Below the pieces are notes generated by a model. It was not told where the DNA came from. It was given only the letters and a program-made list of their open reading frames with translations, and did not search any database. From Felis catus (Eukaryota): a stretch of 64,000 bases of DNA. The stretch lies in contig NC_058369.1 of the NCBI RefSeq assembly GCF_018350175.1, positions 16,246,001 to 16,310,000 on the forward strand, given 5' to 3'. Both the position numbers and the translations under genes were made by a program. Numbering within the stretch: the stretch's first letter is position 1; every line of letters starts with the position of its first letter. This document shows, piece by piece, positions 15,001 through 32,455 of the stretch.

Positions 15001-15886
15001 AGCTGCTGCAAGAGCCGCAGGCACTCTCTGCCCTGGGGGTCCGAGGGCTCTGGAGGAGGGGGGGCGGGGCAACCACGCTGTGAGGGGGCGGGGCCTCTCC
15101 GCCTCGAGGGGAGGGGCCCCCACAGCCCAGGAGCCTCGGCCAGGGTTCTGCATCCTCCTCGGGGTCTTTGGCTCTGGATAGGAAGCTGATGTGGCCCCCT
15201 GGAACTCAGCAGGGACAGGCAGCCGGAGAGCCGGGCAGCACCCTTGAGGAGTAAGTGGGGCACATGTCCACCCCCCCACTAAGCAGGGACACCACGTACA
15301 CTAACTCCCCCCGAGTCTCTGGACTTCCTGGGGTCTGGGATGCGGGGTCTGTAAGGTCCTATGGTCCCCTCCCTCTCACAGATGAGTGGATAGAGCCCCT
15401 CAGTGGAAGGCACCTGACCAAGGTCACTTCACAAGTGAGACCCAAACTGGAAGTAAAAACTCAGCATCCTGCTTTCCAGCCGTGCCCTGGGTGAGAGCAG
15501 GCTGAGAATCCAGGCAGAGCATCAGGCCTGTGCCCTGGAAGAGGTGGGACTTTGACTCTATGTACAGCTGAGTCTGGGCTCGGGGTCCGTGGCCTGGCCC
15601 CTTGGGGTCCCTTTGAGAAGGGAGCAGCCAGCGACCAGAGGCAGAGCCCCAGTCCCGAGTGTCCCCACTCCCGTCTGAGGCTGAGCAGGCTGTGCGTGCC
15701 TCGAACAGTCTAACGAGCTAGGTCCCGGGGTCCCAGGATGGTTCCTGCGTCCCCCGCCCTCCCACTGCAGAGCTGAGACTCACCAGCCGTGAGCAGCGGC
15801 TGGAGGACGAGGCTGTTGATGCGGGCGAGGGTGGAAGAGAAGACCTCCTCCAGCTGCAGCAGGGCCTCCTCCTCAGGGCTGCACAT
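1..15886 (-). CDS. ALS2CL: ALS2 C-terminal-like protein (DH/PH-like, MORN repeats, VPS9 domain); multi-exon CDS truncated at the left window edge
   Basis: Coding exons (minus): 15886-15784, 15049-14857, 14556-14491, 14028-13863, 13323-13192, 12632-12513, 11316-11258, 11119-11053, 10614-10418, 9378-9313, 8887-8789, 8686-8525, 7788-7677, 6622-6545, 5687-5557, 4349-4176, 4003-3907, 3704-3547, 3027-2959, 2085-1912, 706-664, 235-174, 65-1 (partial). All GT-AG and in phase. Protein starts MCSPEEEALLQLEEVFSSTLARINSLVLQPLL and contains MORN repeats (YEGEW..GRPHGKG, YKGYFQAGLRHGFG). Confidence 0.97.
174..235 (-). CDS. ALS2CL: ALS2CL coding exon (RLSLVRDKCFLSATECLQKI)
   Basis: 62 nt, cag|...|gtgagt. 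Confidence 0.92.
664..706 (-). CDS. ALS2CL: ALS2CL coding exon (HLWPLKDLTLTTNQ)
   Basis: 43 nt, ttcag|...|gtgaga. Confidence 0.92.
1745..1865 (+). mobile_element. Degraded MLT1 (ERVL-MaLR) LTR 3' fragment
   Basis: gatccagccacacctgaa...gagccaattag...cttttttgctaaag...tgtgaactgcatttc resembles the MLT1 LTR 3' end (recognised by eye). Confidence 0.45.
1912..2085 (-). CDS. ALS2CL: ALS2CL coding exon (DVQVHGLVLPLILPSFYSELFTLYLLLHEREDGLYSQGIAHLSLFPDTKLLEFLDVQK)
   Basis: 174 nt, tcag|...|gtaagc. Confidence 0.93.
2959..3027 (-). CDS. ALS2CL: ALS2CL coding exon (GLLQVALQRKGQAPEEDEDTETR)
   Basis: 69 nt, ttgcag|...|gtgatt. Confidence 0.92.
3547..3704 (-). CDS. ALS2CL: ALS2CL coding exon (ALSNSLHPLGKLL...ARELWAAYR)
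   Basis: 158 nt, within ORF 3543..3800(-), GT-AG. Confidence 0.93.
3907..4003 (-). CDS. ALS2CL: ALS2CL coding exon (TQPEDRAGRMEDVLDELLQHREPRALRQCLRK)
   Basis: 97 nt, GT-AG. Confidence 0.92.
4176..4349 (-). CDS. ALS2CL: ALS2CL coding exon (QLGVGAFPAESRWQGVYGPF...QEYLCCER)
   Basis: 174 nt, cacag|...|gtgagg. Confidence 0.92.
5557..5687 (-). CDS. ALS2CL: ALS2CL coding exon (GKVTFPNGFTLEGSFG...GTRKR)
   Basis: 131 nt, GT-AG, last MORN repeat. Confidence 0.93.
6545..6622 (-). CDS. ALS2CL: ALS2CL coding exon (GPGILLSEDDSLYEGTFTRDLTLVGK)
   Basis: 78 nt, cctag|...|gtgagg. Confidence 0.93.
7677..7788 (-). CDS. ALS2CL: ALS2CL coding exon (GERYIGMWQADQRHGPGVMVTQAGVCYQGTFQADKMV)
   Basis: 112 nt, GT-AG, MORN repeats. 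Confidence 0.93.
8525..8686 (-). CDS. ALS2CL: ALS2CL coding exon (YSTDEVYKGYFQAGLRHGFG...IEEDGDR)
   Basis: 162 nt, GT-AG, MORN repeats. Confidence 0.93.
8789..8887 (-). CDS. ALS2CL: ALS2CL coding exon (FGIRLVPQASEDKFDCYKCHWWEGSMCGYGICE)
   Basis: 99 nt, gacag|...|gtaagt. Confidence 0.93.
9313..9378 (-). CDS. ALS2CL: ALS2CL coding exon (GTLKWPDGRNHVGNFCQGLEHG)
   Basis: 66 nt, ttccag|...|gtaagg. Confidence 0.93.
10418..10614 (-). CDS. ALS2CL: ALS2CL coding exon (MVWQWKVTQAVCQAL...YEGEWCRGRPHGK)
   Basis: 197 nt, matches ORF 10414..10614(-), GT-AG. Confidence 0.93.
11053..11119 (-). CDS. ALS2CL: ALS2CL coding exon (CTFDLLTPEEEVSFCSKDPQGR)
   Basis: 67 nt, tctag|...|gtgagt. Confidence 0.92.
11258..11316 (-). 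CDS. ALS2CL: ALS2CL coding exon (GHSVHTFDLKLVWVDPGQDG)
   Basis: 59 nt, ttccag|...|gtgagc. Confidence 0.92.
12513..12632 (-). CDS. ALS2CL: ALS2CL coding exon (DVLCTPARRLLQDS...FDDALVLLQ)
   Basis: 120 nt, ccccag|...|gttggg. Confidence 0.92.
13192..13323 (-). CDS. ALS2CL: ALS2CL coding exon (RHPTRELVVHAATLFGNL...HALSSRLR)
   Basis: 132 nt, GT-AG. Confidence 0.92.
13863..14028 (-). CDS. ALS2CL: ALS2CL coding exon (SEYWRGQRKALRQLL...LSLGDTVGE)
   Basis: 166 nt, actcag|...|gtaggt. Confidence 0.92.
14491..14556 (-). CDS. ALS2CL: ALS2CL coding exon (YIEAYTSCVVVQAFQKAAKKR)
   Basis: 66 nt, tgtag|...|gtgagc. Confidence 0.92.
14857..15049 (-). CDS. ALS2CL: ALS2CL coding exon (EPSDPQGRECLRLLQQL...RVLRVHVE)
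   Basis: 193 nt, ctccag|...|gtacgg; the only nearby in-frame acceptor. Confidence 0.88.
15784..15886 (-). CDS. ALS2CL: ALS2CL first coding exon (MCSPEEEALLQLEEVFSSTLARINSLVLQPLLTA); exon extends 5' to the acceptor at 15909
   Basis: gccATG at 15886; donor gtgagt at 15783; acceptor ttcgcag| at 15910. Confidence 0.93.
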
Positions 15887-16348
15887 GGCCAGAATGCTGG
15901 ACTCGGGGCCTGCGAATGGGGCACAGACCAGAGAGAGGGCGCCAGGGAGAGCACGGTCAGTGCCACACTCTCAGCCCATGTGCCCGGGACTGCCCACAAC
16001 AGAACGGAGTGGTGAGCCCGGGCCGCCTCAGAGGGGAACGCCCGGACCAACCACTGACCCCTGCCCTGCTCTGCACCTGGGCCCAGCAGAGGGGACCTGA
16101 TGGAGAGGCAGTGAGGGCTCAGAACTGCCTAGGGAAACACCTCTTTTTAGCCCAAGAGGCAGGTGCTCCTCAAGCCCAGTTCTGGCCTGCTCATTCCCCT
16201 GCTCAAACATCCACCGTGGCTCCCGAGGTTCAGAGTAATATCTAGTGGTACTCTGACCTAGCTCCCCCTCCACAGAGTCTCTGGAAACAAGGACACACTG
16301 TCAGAGGAACCCAGCTTTTTTCTCAAGGCCATGGCTCAGGCCATGCAG

Positions 16349-16398
16349 ATGGGCACAGTGAGAGCAAAGGATCATGGGCACAGTGAGAGCAAAGGATC
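16349..16398. repeat. Perfect 25-bp tandem duplication (atgggcacagtgagagcaaaggatc x2) in ALS2CL intron 1
   Basis: Read directly from the sequence. Confidence 0.9.
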
Positions 16399-19349
16399 AC
16401 GGGCATGAGGGCCCAGGCTCCATGCGTGGCCCACAAGAGTGGCCTACGTGGCCAGTGGAGGAGTTATGGAGGATCTCAGGGCAAGGGAGCGTGGTAGGAC
16501 CCAACATCAGACTTGGGGAGATGGATGTGGTGACAGCTGGAGAGGAGACGGGGCCCAGCAGTGGCAGAGTGAGGTCAGCAGGGGTGAGAGCCAGACCCTC
16601 CGTGCCCCTCAACCTGTTTGACCCTGCTGTGCCCAGAGGAAAGAGGTACGGGTTGTGGGGGCGGGCAGGTGGGCTTGAGTCTTTGGACTCCCCACCATGG
16701 AGTGACGGACCCACCAAGCAGGCAGGGATCCCCTGAGGATGTGGCTCTCTGACGAGAGGGAGGGTCAGCAAGGGGCCTGGGCTCCAACCCACCCCCACAG
16801 CCAGGCCGCAGCCTCCAAACAGACACAGCGCTCTCCCACCAGAGCCGGGTGCCCTCACCGAGCAAACTTCATCTGCCCGAAGGACGAGACCACACATCTC
16901 AGGGTCTCTTAGCCTGAGACCCTCAGACTGCCTGTCCCTGGCTCTGACACTCAGAGGCTCTGCTGTTAGCTGACCTAGGTGGGGTGGGAGATATCATCGG
17001 GGTTGCCGGAATGGGCAGGTGACGCAGGTGGAGCCCCAGCGCCCTTTCCGGGCCCCTGACAAAACCTACAACTCCTAGGGAACAGGCTCTGGGGCAGCAG
17101 GGCGGGTGTCTCAGAACGCTGGCCAAGGGCCCAGGCCCCGGCATTCCTGCCCCACCTTTCCTGCTGCTGCTGCTTCAGGAGGGCGAGGCCTTGGGAGGGA
17201 CCGACAGGAAGGGGAAGCGGCCAGCTGCCCAGCTGTGGCCTGCTCTGTGGGCCCCTGTGGCAGCCCCAGTACCTCCCCCCACCCCACCTGGGGCAGAGGG
17301 ACAGGTGGCTCCACGTCAACTCAGGCAGATCCGCAGAGCTCAGCCGAGGGGTCAAGGGTACAGCAAGTGGGGCCCGGCCCCCCCGACCCTCCCCCATAGC
17401 TCCAGAAACTGACAGAAGGGAAAGGCCCTTTGGGGGGTGGGCGTGACCTTTCCATCCTCAGTTGGCAGCCAGTCAGTAGGGGGTGTGAACTGAGAGGCGA
17501 GGACACTGGCTAAATAAAGGTGGAGGAAGAAGGTGCAGCCAGGACAGGAGGTGTGGACTAGGAACCAGATCAGGGCGAGTGGGGACCTGCAGTCAGTAGC
17601 TCGACGCCGAGAGGCCCTGAACACCAGGCATCCCCCACACTCACACTGACCTGGGGTCCACCCCAGCCACACTGCACCCCAGATAGAGCTCTCTGCCCCT
17701 CTCCACCTCAGGCGTCCCCCGCCCTTCGCTGGGGGGCTGGCAGCTACCCTTACCCTGGACCCATGGCCCATACCTCAGCTGCTCCCACAGGACCCCCTGC
17801 CAACCCCCTACCCACTGCTCAGTCCTGGCCATGCTTGTCCAGAGCCCTGCTCCCCTCTGGGCTTCAGTCACCTCCTCTGTGAAATAGGGGTGCGTTTAGA
17901 TCAGAGCTTTCAAACTATGTGAGTCCTCCTTAGAAATGATAAACTGGTGTGGGGAGTTGCTCTGGGTGCAGAGACCTGGTCCTCAGCCTCCTTCACCGCT
18001 CAAAGCAGCCTAGGGACCCTCCGGATGAGTCTTACAGACCCAGACTGGCATTTACTCCAGGACCCTTCCAGATCCGTGGCTCCAAAGGGACGTCAGCCTC
18101 TAAGGAACTGAGGTACACTGCTCAGAGAAAAGGCCAGAAGTTAAGCATGGCTGGCGAGGCAATGGTGGGGAAGGCTGCGGCTGAGGTTGGGGATCTGGTC
18201 TGGTGGTGCCCAGGTCCCCGCTCCCCGGCTAGAGAGCTTGGGCCTTCATCCTGGAGGCAACCAAGAGAGTGAGAGCAGGGAGCAGACCACGCACGAGTAT
18301 GCAGGAGTGTGTGTGTTTGGGGGTAGGGGGAGGTGCTGAGCCATAACGTGAGAGGGACCCAGCAGGAGTAACCCCTGCTCAAACCCGTCACACCCCTAAC
18401 CCACCGGGCTCTGGTCACGAGTATGGCCTCCATACCCTCTCCCTCCACCCAGTTCTAAGGTTCCTTAGTGTTAGGCTGCACATGAAGCACCTATGGAGAA
18501 ACTGAGGCCGAGGAAGGCAAGAGAGGGGCTGAGACGCTATCTGTAGAGCATGTCTGTAGAGCATGTGCACGGCTCAGACCCAGGCCTCTGGCTGCCGGTC
18601 CTGCCAGGTCACCTGAGTGAGGTGGTTCAGAAAGGCTGGGCGACTTGCCTCAGGGCACACAGCAAGTTCCCAGCAGGACCCAGCCTCCTACCTCCTCAGG
18701 CAGCCTTGGTGCTCACTGTGGGGCAGGGTGAGGACAGAACTGGCTAGTCTTGGCGTGCCCAGGTGAGTCAGCTGCCCTTCCCCTGTCGATCTAACCAGCC
18801 GCCAGACCTGCTGTCTCCCCTGCATTCCTGGCCTCTCTCCACACCTGGTCGCTCTCAGGCAGGGTCACCGAAGCCTCCCTTGCCCTCTCCAAGACCCGGC
18901 CCCCCCGGGCCCCTCAGGCCCCTGGGCCACACCCTGTCATGGCACCCACTCTGGTATTTCCTGGTGTGGACAAGCAAGGAAGTTTTGCTTGCTCTGGACG
19001 TTTTTTTCCTGGGCTGCCCCAGAGTCCCCTAAAACAGCCCAGTGGTAGACACACGACAGAGGAACTGCCCCAGGGCGGGGGTGCTCAACTGTCACAGCTG
19101 ACCCCTCAGTCTCCACTTTGGCTTCTCCCCTCAGCACTCCTTCTTGGGCTCTCCATGCCTCTAAGCTTCTTGTCCTATACGCCCCCACCCCCAACCCTTC
19201 TCAGTCTCTGACAGCTTCCCTGCCCCTCCCTGCCTGGCACACGCACAGTCACTGGAGTTTCCCAAACATGGGATCCTGTCCCAGCCACCAGGCATTGCCC
19301 ATGCCGGTCTCACTGCAGGCGTCACCTCCTCCTGGCAGTCTCTCAGGCT

Positions 19350-20300
19350 GGATGGGGTCCGGGGGCGGCCCTCGCACCCCAGCCCGGGACCGATCCCCTG
19401 CGCGGTGCACGAACCCCGGGCGCTATCTCTGCGCTGCCCGTAAATTCGAGCCGGGTAACCGCGGGGCAGGGAGAACGAGGCTGAAAGGCCGAAGGGCCCT
19501 GGCACGGGGCGGGGAATGGGGAACGGGGCCGGTGCCTTGGGACAAACTCAGACGGCCCCCATGTGAGCGCCGCCTGGGACCGAGGAGCCGTGGAGGGACG
19601 GTGACGCGGCGGCCCGAGGGGGCGCTAGGCGAAAGTCCCACCTGGAGTGAGGGGCAAGCGGGCGCACAGGAGCCCGCCCACAGACGCGCGACCTCCGCCC
19701 CGCCCTTACCTGCGCGGTGCCGGTGCCCAGAGCGGGGAGCGTCGCCGCGGCCGCTGGCTCCCCGCCGCCCGCACGCGGCCCCCTCCCCGCTGCCCCGGAG
19801 CCCGCCCCGCCCACTGACCCGCCCCTCGCCACGCCCCCACCGCCGGCCCCGCCCACCCCGGGTTGTTGCTCGAGGGAGCTGGGGCGTGAGCCGACCGACC
19901 CGCCTAGCGATCTACGCGACCCCCGCACCCCCGCCCGAGGTCTAGTCCTGAGGCCTTCCCTGGAGACCTCCGGGTCCGAAGGCTTCTGGGACCCAGTGGG
20001 AGAGGGAGGTAGGGGCCTGACCCCTCCGCCGCCTTAAACACACACACACTCACTCACTCAGGCCCAGGCTCGCCTAGCTTCCCAGGAAGGGCTCCCAGGA
20101 CCGCCCGGCAGTGTCCGGGAAGCGGCCTGGCTTCTCCGTCCTGGCGGGGCCTTCCCGGGCATCCGCCCCTATTCTGACCGCTCTGGGCCTGGGTGCAACC
20201 TCCTCCACCCGCACCGAATCCCAGAGGCCAGCACAAGCGCAGCGCTGGGTGGGCTCGAGAAACGTACCGAAAGTGGGGTAAACCGAGGCTGCCCCGCACC
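19350..20300. promoter_or_regulatory. CpG island: ALS2CL promoter and 5' end, with GC boxes
   Basis: Dense CpG, several ccgccc/gggcgg Sp1-type boxes near 19700-19860; upstream of the ALS2CL coding exons. Confidence 0.85.
19710..19785 (-). other. ALS2CL: Probable ALS2CL non-coding exon 1 (5' end approximate)
   Basis: Strong donor CAG|GTAAGG at 19710/19709 inside the CpG island, directly downstream of the GC boxes. Confidence 0.7.
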
Positions 20301-22302
20301 CCCTTGGGCCAGATGTGTATGGCCAGCGACCATTTCTTTCTGTGTGACCTTGAGGAAGTCCCCCTGCCCCCACTCCTGGTTCTCATCATGGCCCAGTAGA
20401 GCATGCAGCCTGCGCTGGTCTGCTCCAGGGCCTGTGACCTTGAAAAGGGTGGCGGAAGCCTAGTCCCAGGAAGGGGGGTGGGGGCCTGGGAGGACAATGG
20501 TTCAGCCTGTAACAAAGGATCCGCTGTCTGCTGCCTGGTCCCCCTCCAGCCACCATGCCTATGCCCCCCCCCCCCCATCACTTCCCGCGGTACACGGGTT
20601 CCAGAGGATGACTGGAGTCATTTCCCCTTTCAGGGTTGACAACACTGAGGCCAACAGGCCCCATACGGACAGTGGAAGGGCAAAAAGGGTACCCCACCAA
20701 CCCCATACTCAAATCTGAGGGGGTGGAAGTCATGCCCCACCCTGCCAGGCTGAAGAAAGATCCCCAGTGGAGGGGGCACATGGCAGTTCAAGGGGATCCT
20801 TCTCAGATGAGCAGGGTCTTGGTGGGTCTGTGGGTCCTCTGGCACGTGGGTGTGGTCAAGCAAGGGGTTTCTGGGGCTGGGGGGGAAGGGCCAAGGGCCA
20901 TGGAGACATGGCCACATAGAGAGAGCAAGGTTGTCCAGGAGGGTGTGGCGAGCAAGGCAGGCAGGACAGAGCCCTGAGCAGGAGGAAGCAGATTCCGTGA
21001 GTGGTGTCTCTGCAGCAGCCCGTCCCCTCTTCGGGCCTCAGTGTCCTCATCTGTACCTACAGCTGAGGGAGGGCAGCGCTGGCTGGGCTCAAGCAGGAAG
21101 GGAAGGGCCCCCTCAGCTTCCTCCCCACAGCCCAGCCTTCCTGTTCGGCCACATCTAGGGGAATCAGAAAGCTGGGGGACATCTTCCCTTACCCCCCCCC
21201 ACCGACCCCTAGAGTGGGTGACCTCACCAGCATTGCCAAGCCTGGTTTTACTGTCTGCCAAGTGGGGCAAGACCTGCCAGGCCTCGCTCCCTCTCTCTCT
21301 CTCAGCCAGGGCCAAGTAATCTGTAGTCCCCTAGTAGTGCCCAAAGGACAGCCTCCACTGGGTCCACCCGCCCACACAGCCAAGGGCCCTTGCCCAATCC
21401 CACCGCTGATGTGCACACACACACCCACCCCACTCTCGCATGCCCCGCACACGTATGTGATTCCACAGTCACAGGAATGTGCGGCGTGTACATTTACTTG
21501 TGCCACACAGACCCATCTACTGTGAACACACTGGCAGGACTTCCAAGTTGCACAGCCCAGGAGGCAGCCCTGTACGTGGGCACGGGCAGACGCTGTGCAC
21601 ATCCACATGGACACGGACTTACATACTGCTCCATGGGACACACACTAAGACTCACAGACACACAGAGAGGCAAGTGCAGAGTGTGCATGCACTCCTGTGC
21701 ACACGAGAGCCTGGGACACGAGCGCATGCTTCTGTACACACAGGTCTCACCAGGCCCGGCCCAGCCCCAGAGCTATTCTGGGCCAGGCCTGTGGCCAACA
21801 AGGTCAGAGATTGCCAGCTCCCAGCAGGCCCCAGCCACCGCGTCTCAGGCCTAGACAGCCCAGCCCCCACTCTCAGCCCAGGCCAAGTCCAAGATGTCCT
21901 GGATCCCAGCCTGGCTCCGTGGCTGGGAAGATACCTACTCCCGACCCTCTGCTTCCCCAGAGCTGAGCCTTGAGCCCTGGCATTTCTGGCTCCAGGAGAG
22001 AAGTGTTCAAAGGTTCCCCTGGCCACTGTCGACTGCACTGCCCATGGCTTCCAACCCAGCGGTCCTAGAGACTGGACCGGGCCCCTACAGGAAACCCACA
22101 GGAGCTAAAAATAGCACCCGAGGGACAAACAGGGTTCCGCAGGCCAAGCATTCATGCCACCATGCATGGAGGGGACACCGTCTTCCAGGGGAATGAGGCT
22201 GGGGAATCTGGGCACCTAGAGCTCTGCCACCCCAGACCTGATGGGCCTTACTGGTAGTAGGGTGCAGGAGAAATCAGGGACCTCATAAGAAATAAAAAAA
22301 GT

Positions 22303-22517
22303 GGGGCACCTGGGTGGCTCCGTCTGTTGAGCATCCGACTTCGGCTCAGGTCACGATCTCACAGTTGGTGAGTTCGAGCCCCGCATTGGGCTCTGTGCTG
22401 ACAGCTCAGAGCCTGGAGCCTGCTTCGGATGCTGTGTCTCCCTCTCTCTCTGCCCTTCCCCGGCTCACGCTCTTCTCTCTCTCAAAAATAAATAAACATG
22501 AAAAAATTAAAAAAAAA
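22303..22517 (+). mobile_element. CAN-SINE (feline SINEC_Fc-like)
   Basis: ggggcacctgggtggctc head, (CT)n, A-rich tail; imperfect TSD aaataaaaaaagt/aaatagagaaagt. Confidence 0.93.
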
Positions 22518-22789
22518 TAGAGAAAGTACTGGACAGGGGACAGAGGCCTGGGTTAGGGGCCACAGATTGAGTTTGAGGCCTCAGTTCCTGTGTGACCTTA
22601 TGCAGGGCACAACCCCTCTCTGGCCCTCAATTCCTCATAAGTCCACAGAGGAGAGGAAGAAAAGCCTTTGAAGATGGAAAAGGCTTTAGCTTCAAGGATG
22701 TTTCGCTCACCGTGGTATTTCACCTTTTGGAGAATTGGAAAAAACACCAATGTTTGACAACAGGGAATTGAGACAAAACCCACAACAAT

Positions 22790-22890
22790 CACAACGACTA
22801 GCATTTCCTGAAGGCTTGTGATGCGCAGGTGCTGTGATACCATAGTTATACCCATTTTACAGATGAGGGATTGAAGCTCAGAGAGGTTCA
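22790..22890. mobile_element. MIR-like fragment
   Basis: cccattttacagatgagggattgaagctcagagagg core motif. Confidence 0.6.
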
Positions 22891-23715
22891 ATCTGAGGTC
22901 TGAAAGCTGTCGATGTGATCATGCCCCAGGAGTCTTAGTTTTAAGCTTCAGTACCTTTAGAAGTTATAAAGTTTAAAGCTACAAATCTATAGGAAACCTA
23001 ATTTGAAAGTTTCATTTCTTAAAATGTCTTCGTGCTCATTTAGTTTTGTGAATTGAGGATAATAACTTCAGTTTTGTTCAGTCAACTTTTGCCGCCTTCA
23101 GAGAGCGAAAAAGGAAATTTAAATCATTTTTCCTAGCAGGGAAAGCTAGCAACTCAGCACTCCATAATCCTTAGTTCAATATAATCCTCCTAACAGCCCT
23201 TTGATGAAAGTCTTGCCCTCTCCATTCCGTAGACGAGAAGTTCAAAGCAGAGAGGGGTAACGGCTTGCCCACGGCCACTGTCAGGCCCACTAACCTCAGC
23301 CTAGTCCAGCCAAGGCCTCTCTGACCCTGTGTCCCAAGGGTGACCTCCCTGGGTGGTCAGTGCGGCTTTCCCTAGCCTGGCCCATGACAGAGGCATGAGG
23401 AAGCAGACGCTTCAGCAAGTCATTTGGGCTTTAATAGAATCCCTATTTGCCTGGCTGGGGCAAGCCTGGGGAGGATGGGGTGGCCCAGCCCACTGAGACC
23501 CTAGACTTTGCCACTTACTGTTGAGGATCCCTCAGGCCAGCTGTCCTTTGCCAGTGGCTCTCTTGTTTCCCTGCCCGCCTGTGATTTCCCACCCCTGTCA
23601 CCTGTGGGTGTCCATGGCTGGCCCTCTGCTCTCTGCTGTAGCTCTCACCTTGGCCCTTGCCCATCTGCTGCACCTCCAGGCAGGAGCCCTACGAGGCTCT
23701 GAATCTACAGGGTCC

Positions 23716-23991
23716 GGAAGGAAGGAAGGAAGGAAGGAAGGAAGGAAGAAGGAAGGAAGAAAGGGAGGGAGGGAGGGTGGGAAGAAGGAAGGGAGGGAGG
23801 GTGGGAAGAAGGGAGGGAGGGAGGGAGGAAGGGAGGGAGGAAGGAGAGAGGGAGGAAGGCAGGGAAGAAGAAGGGAGGGAGGGAGGGGTGGAAGGAGAAG
23901 TGAGAGAAAGGATGGACCAGAGGAGTCTCCCCACCCCAGACCACCCTCCTCCTCCTCCTCCTCCTCCTCCTCCTCCTCTTCATCCTCCTCC
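23716..23991. repeat. Compound microsatellite: (GGAA/GGGA)n purine tract followed by (CCT)n
   Basis: Purine tract ~23716-23910 and (cct)n ~23945-23991, read directly. Confidence 0.92.
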
Positions 23992-24919
23992 AAAGCCCTC
24001 TGGGTCTCCACAGCTTCTCAGACCCTCCATTGCTCCATCCCTGGGTTGTCAAGGCTCATCCTGGGGTCAGGACCAGAGTACATGTGGGCCAGGTTCAGTG
24101 CGAGGTCAGGATCATGGCTCAGACTGGAGTAAGAATTGGGGATCAGACTGGGGCAGAGGCTCCAGGTCGGCCAGAGTCAGAAAATGGTCCTCCAGCCCTT
24201 CCAGGGGGAGTCGTCCGAGTCCCGTGGGGCAGCAGGTGCTGGCTTCTTCAGGAACCTTCCATAGCACCGGGAACTAGCAACTCTGACCATACCATCCCCT
24301 GGTCCCCATCCCCCACTCTAGCTCTGGTGTCCAGAGTGACCAGAGCCATTTCTGGGCAGGAAGCCAGCCCAGAAAGCCCAGGACATCCCTGAGCGCCTGT
24401 CACTATGGCAACCTGCCTGCCATACCGTCCCCCACCCCCACCCCCACCCCCACCCCCTCTGCCAGCCTGGGTCCAGCAGGGTTTTTCAAATTCAGAACGT
24501 CAGACTGGGAAGGGCCTCCCAGATCAGCAGATTCTAACTCCTCCCCTTGCCCCAGATGGAGAAACTGAGGCCCAAGTGGGGCAGGGGAGCTGGGGCCTGT
24601 TGTTCAAGGACCTGACCCCAGCCTGTCACTCTCACTCCTCTCTGCCCGGCTGGATCGGGTTAGGGGAGGGAGACCTGGACTCGGATCCACCGGGAGGGGA
24701 GGGGGGCGGGCCCTGCATCCGCGGTGATGTGGGGGCGGGCGGCAGGGAACCAGACACCGACGATGAATAAATGATGCCCACTCGCGGCCTGCGACCAGAT
24801 CGTCACCGCGAGCGCCGGCTGCCTGGCGGGGCAGTCACCGGGCCAACCGCGCCCGGCCCCCCGCGTCGCTGGCTCCCCCCACCTGCGGCCTCGCCCGCCC
24901 GGAGCCGCGGGGCGCGAAG

Positions 24920-32455
<7,536 letters not shown>

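Noticed and set aside
19118..19945. 275-aa plus-strand ORF over the ALS2CL CpG island
   Set aside because: Pro/Arg/Gly-rich, no recognisable domain, non-ATG start; expected from stop-codon scarcity in GC-rich DNA.
22303..22380. tRNA-like A/B box sequences in the SINE heads
   Set aside because: Part of tRNA-derived CAN-SINEs, not tRNA genes.
23521..24277. ~200-aa ORFs with EGRK/EGG and poly-Ser/Pro/Glu repeats
   Set aside because: Translations of the (GGAA)n/(CCT)n microsatellite.
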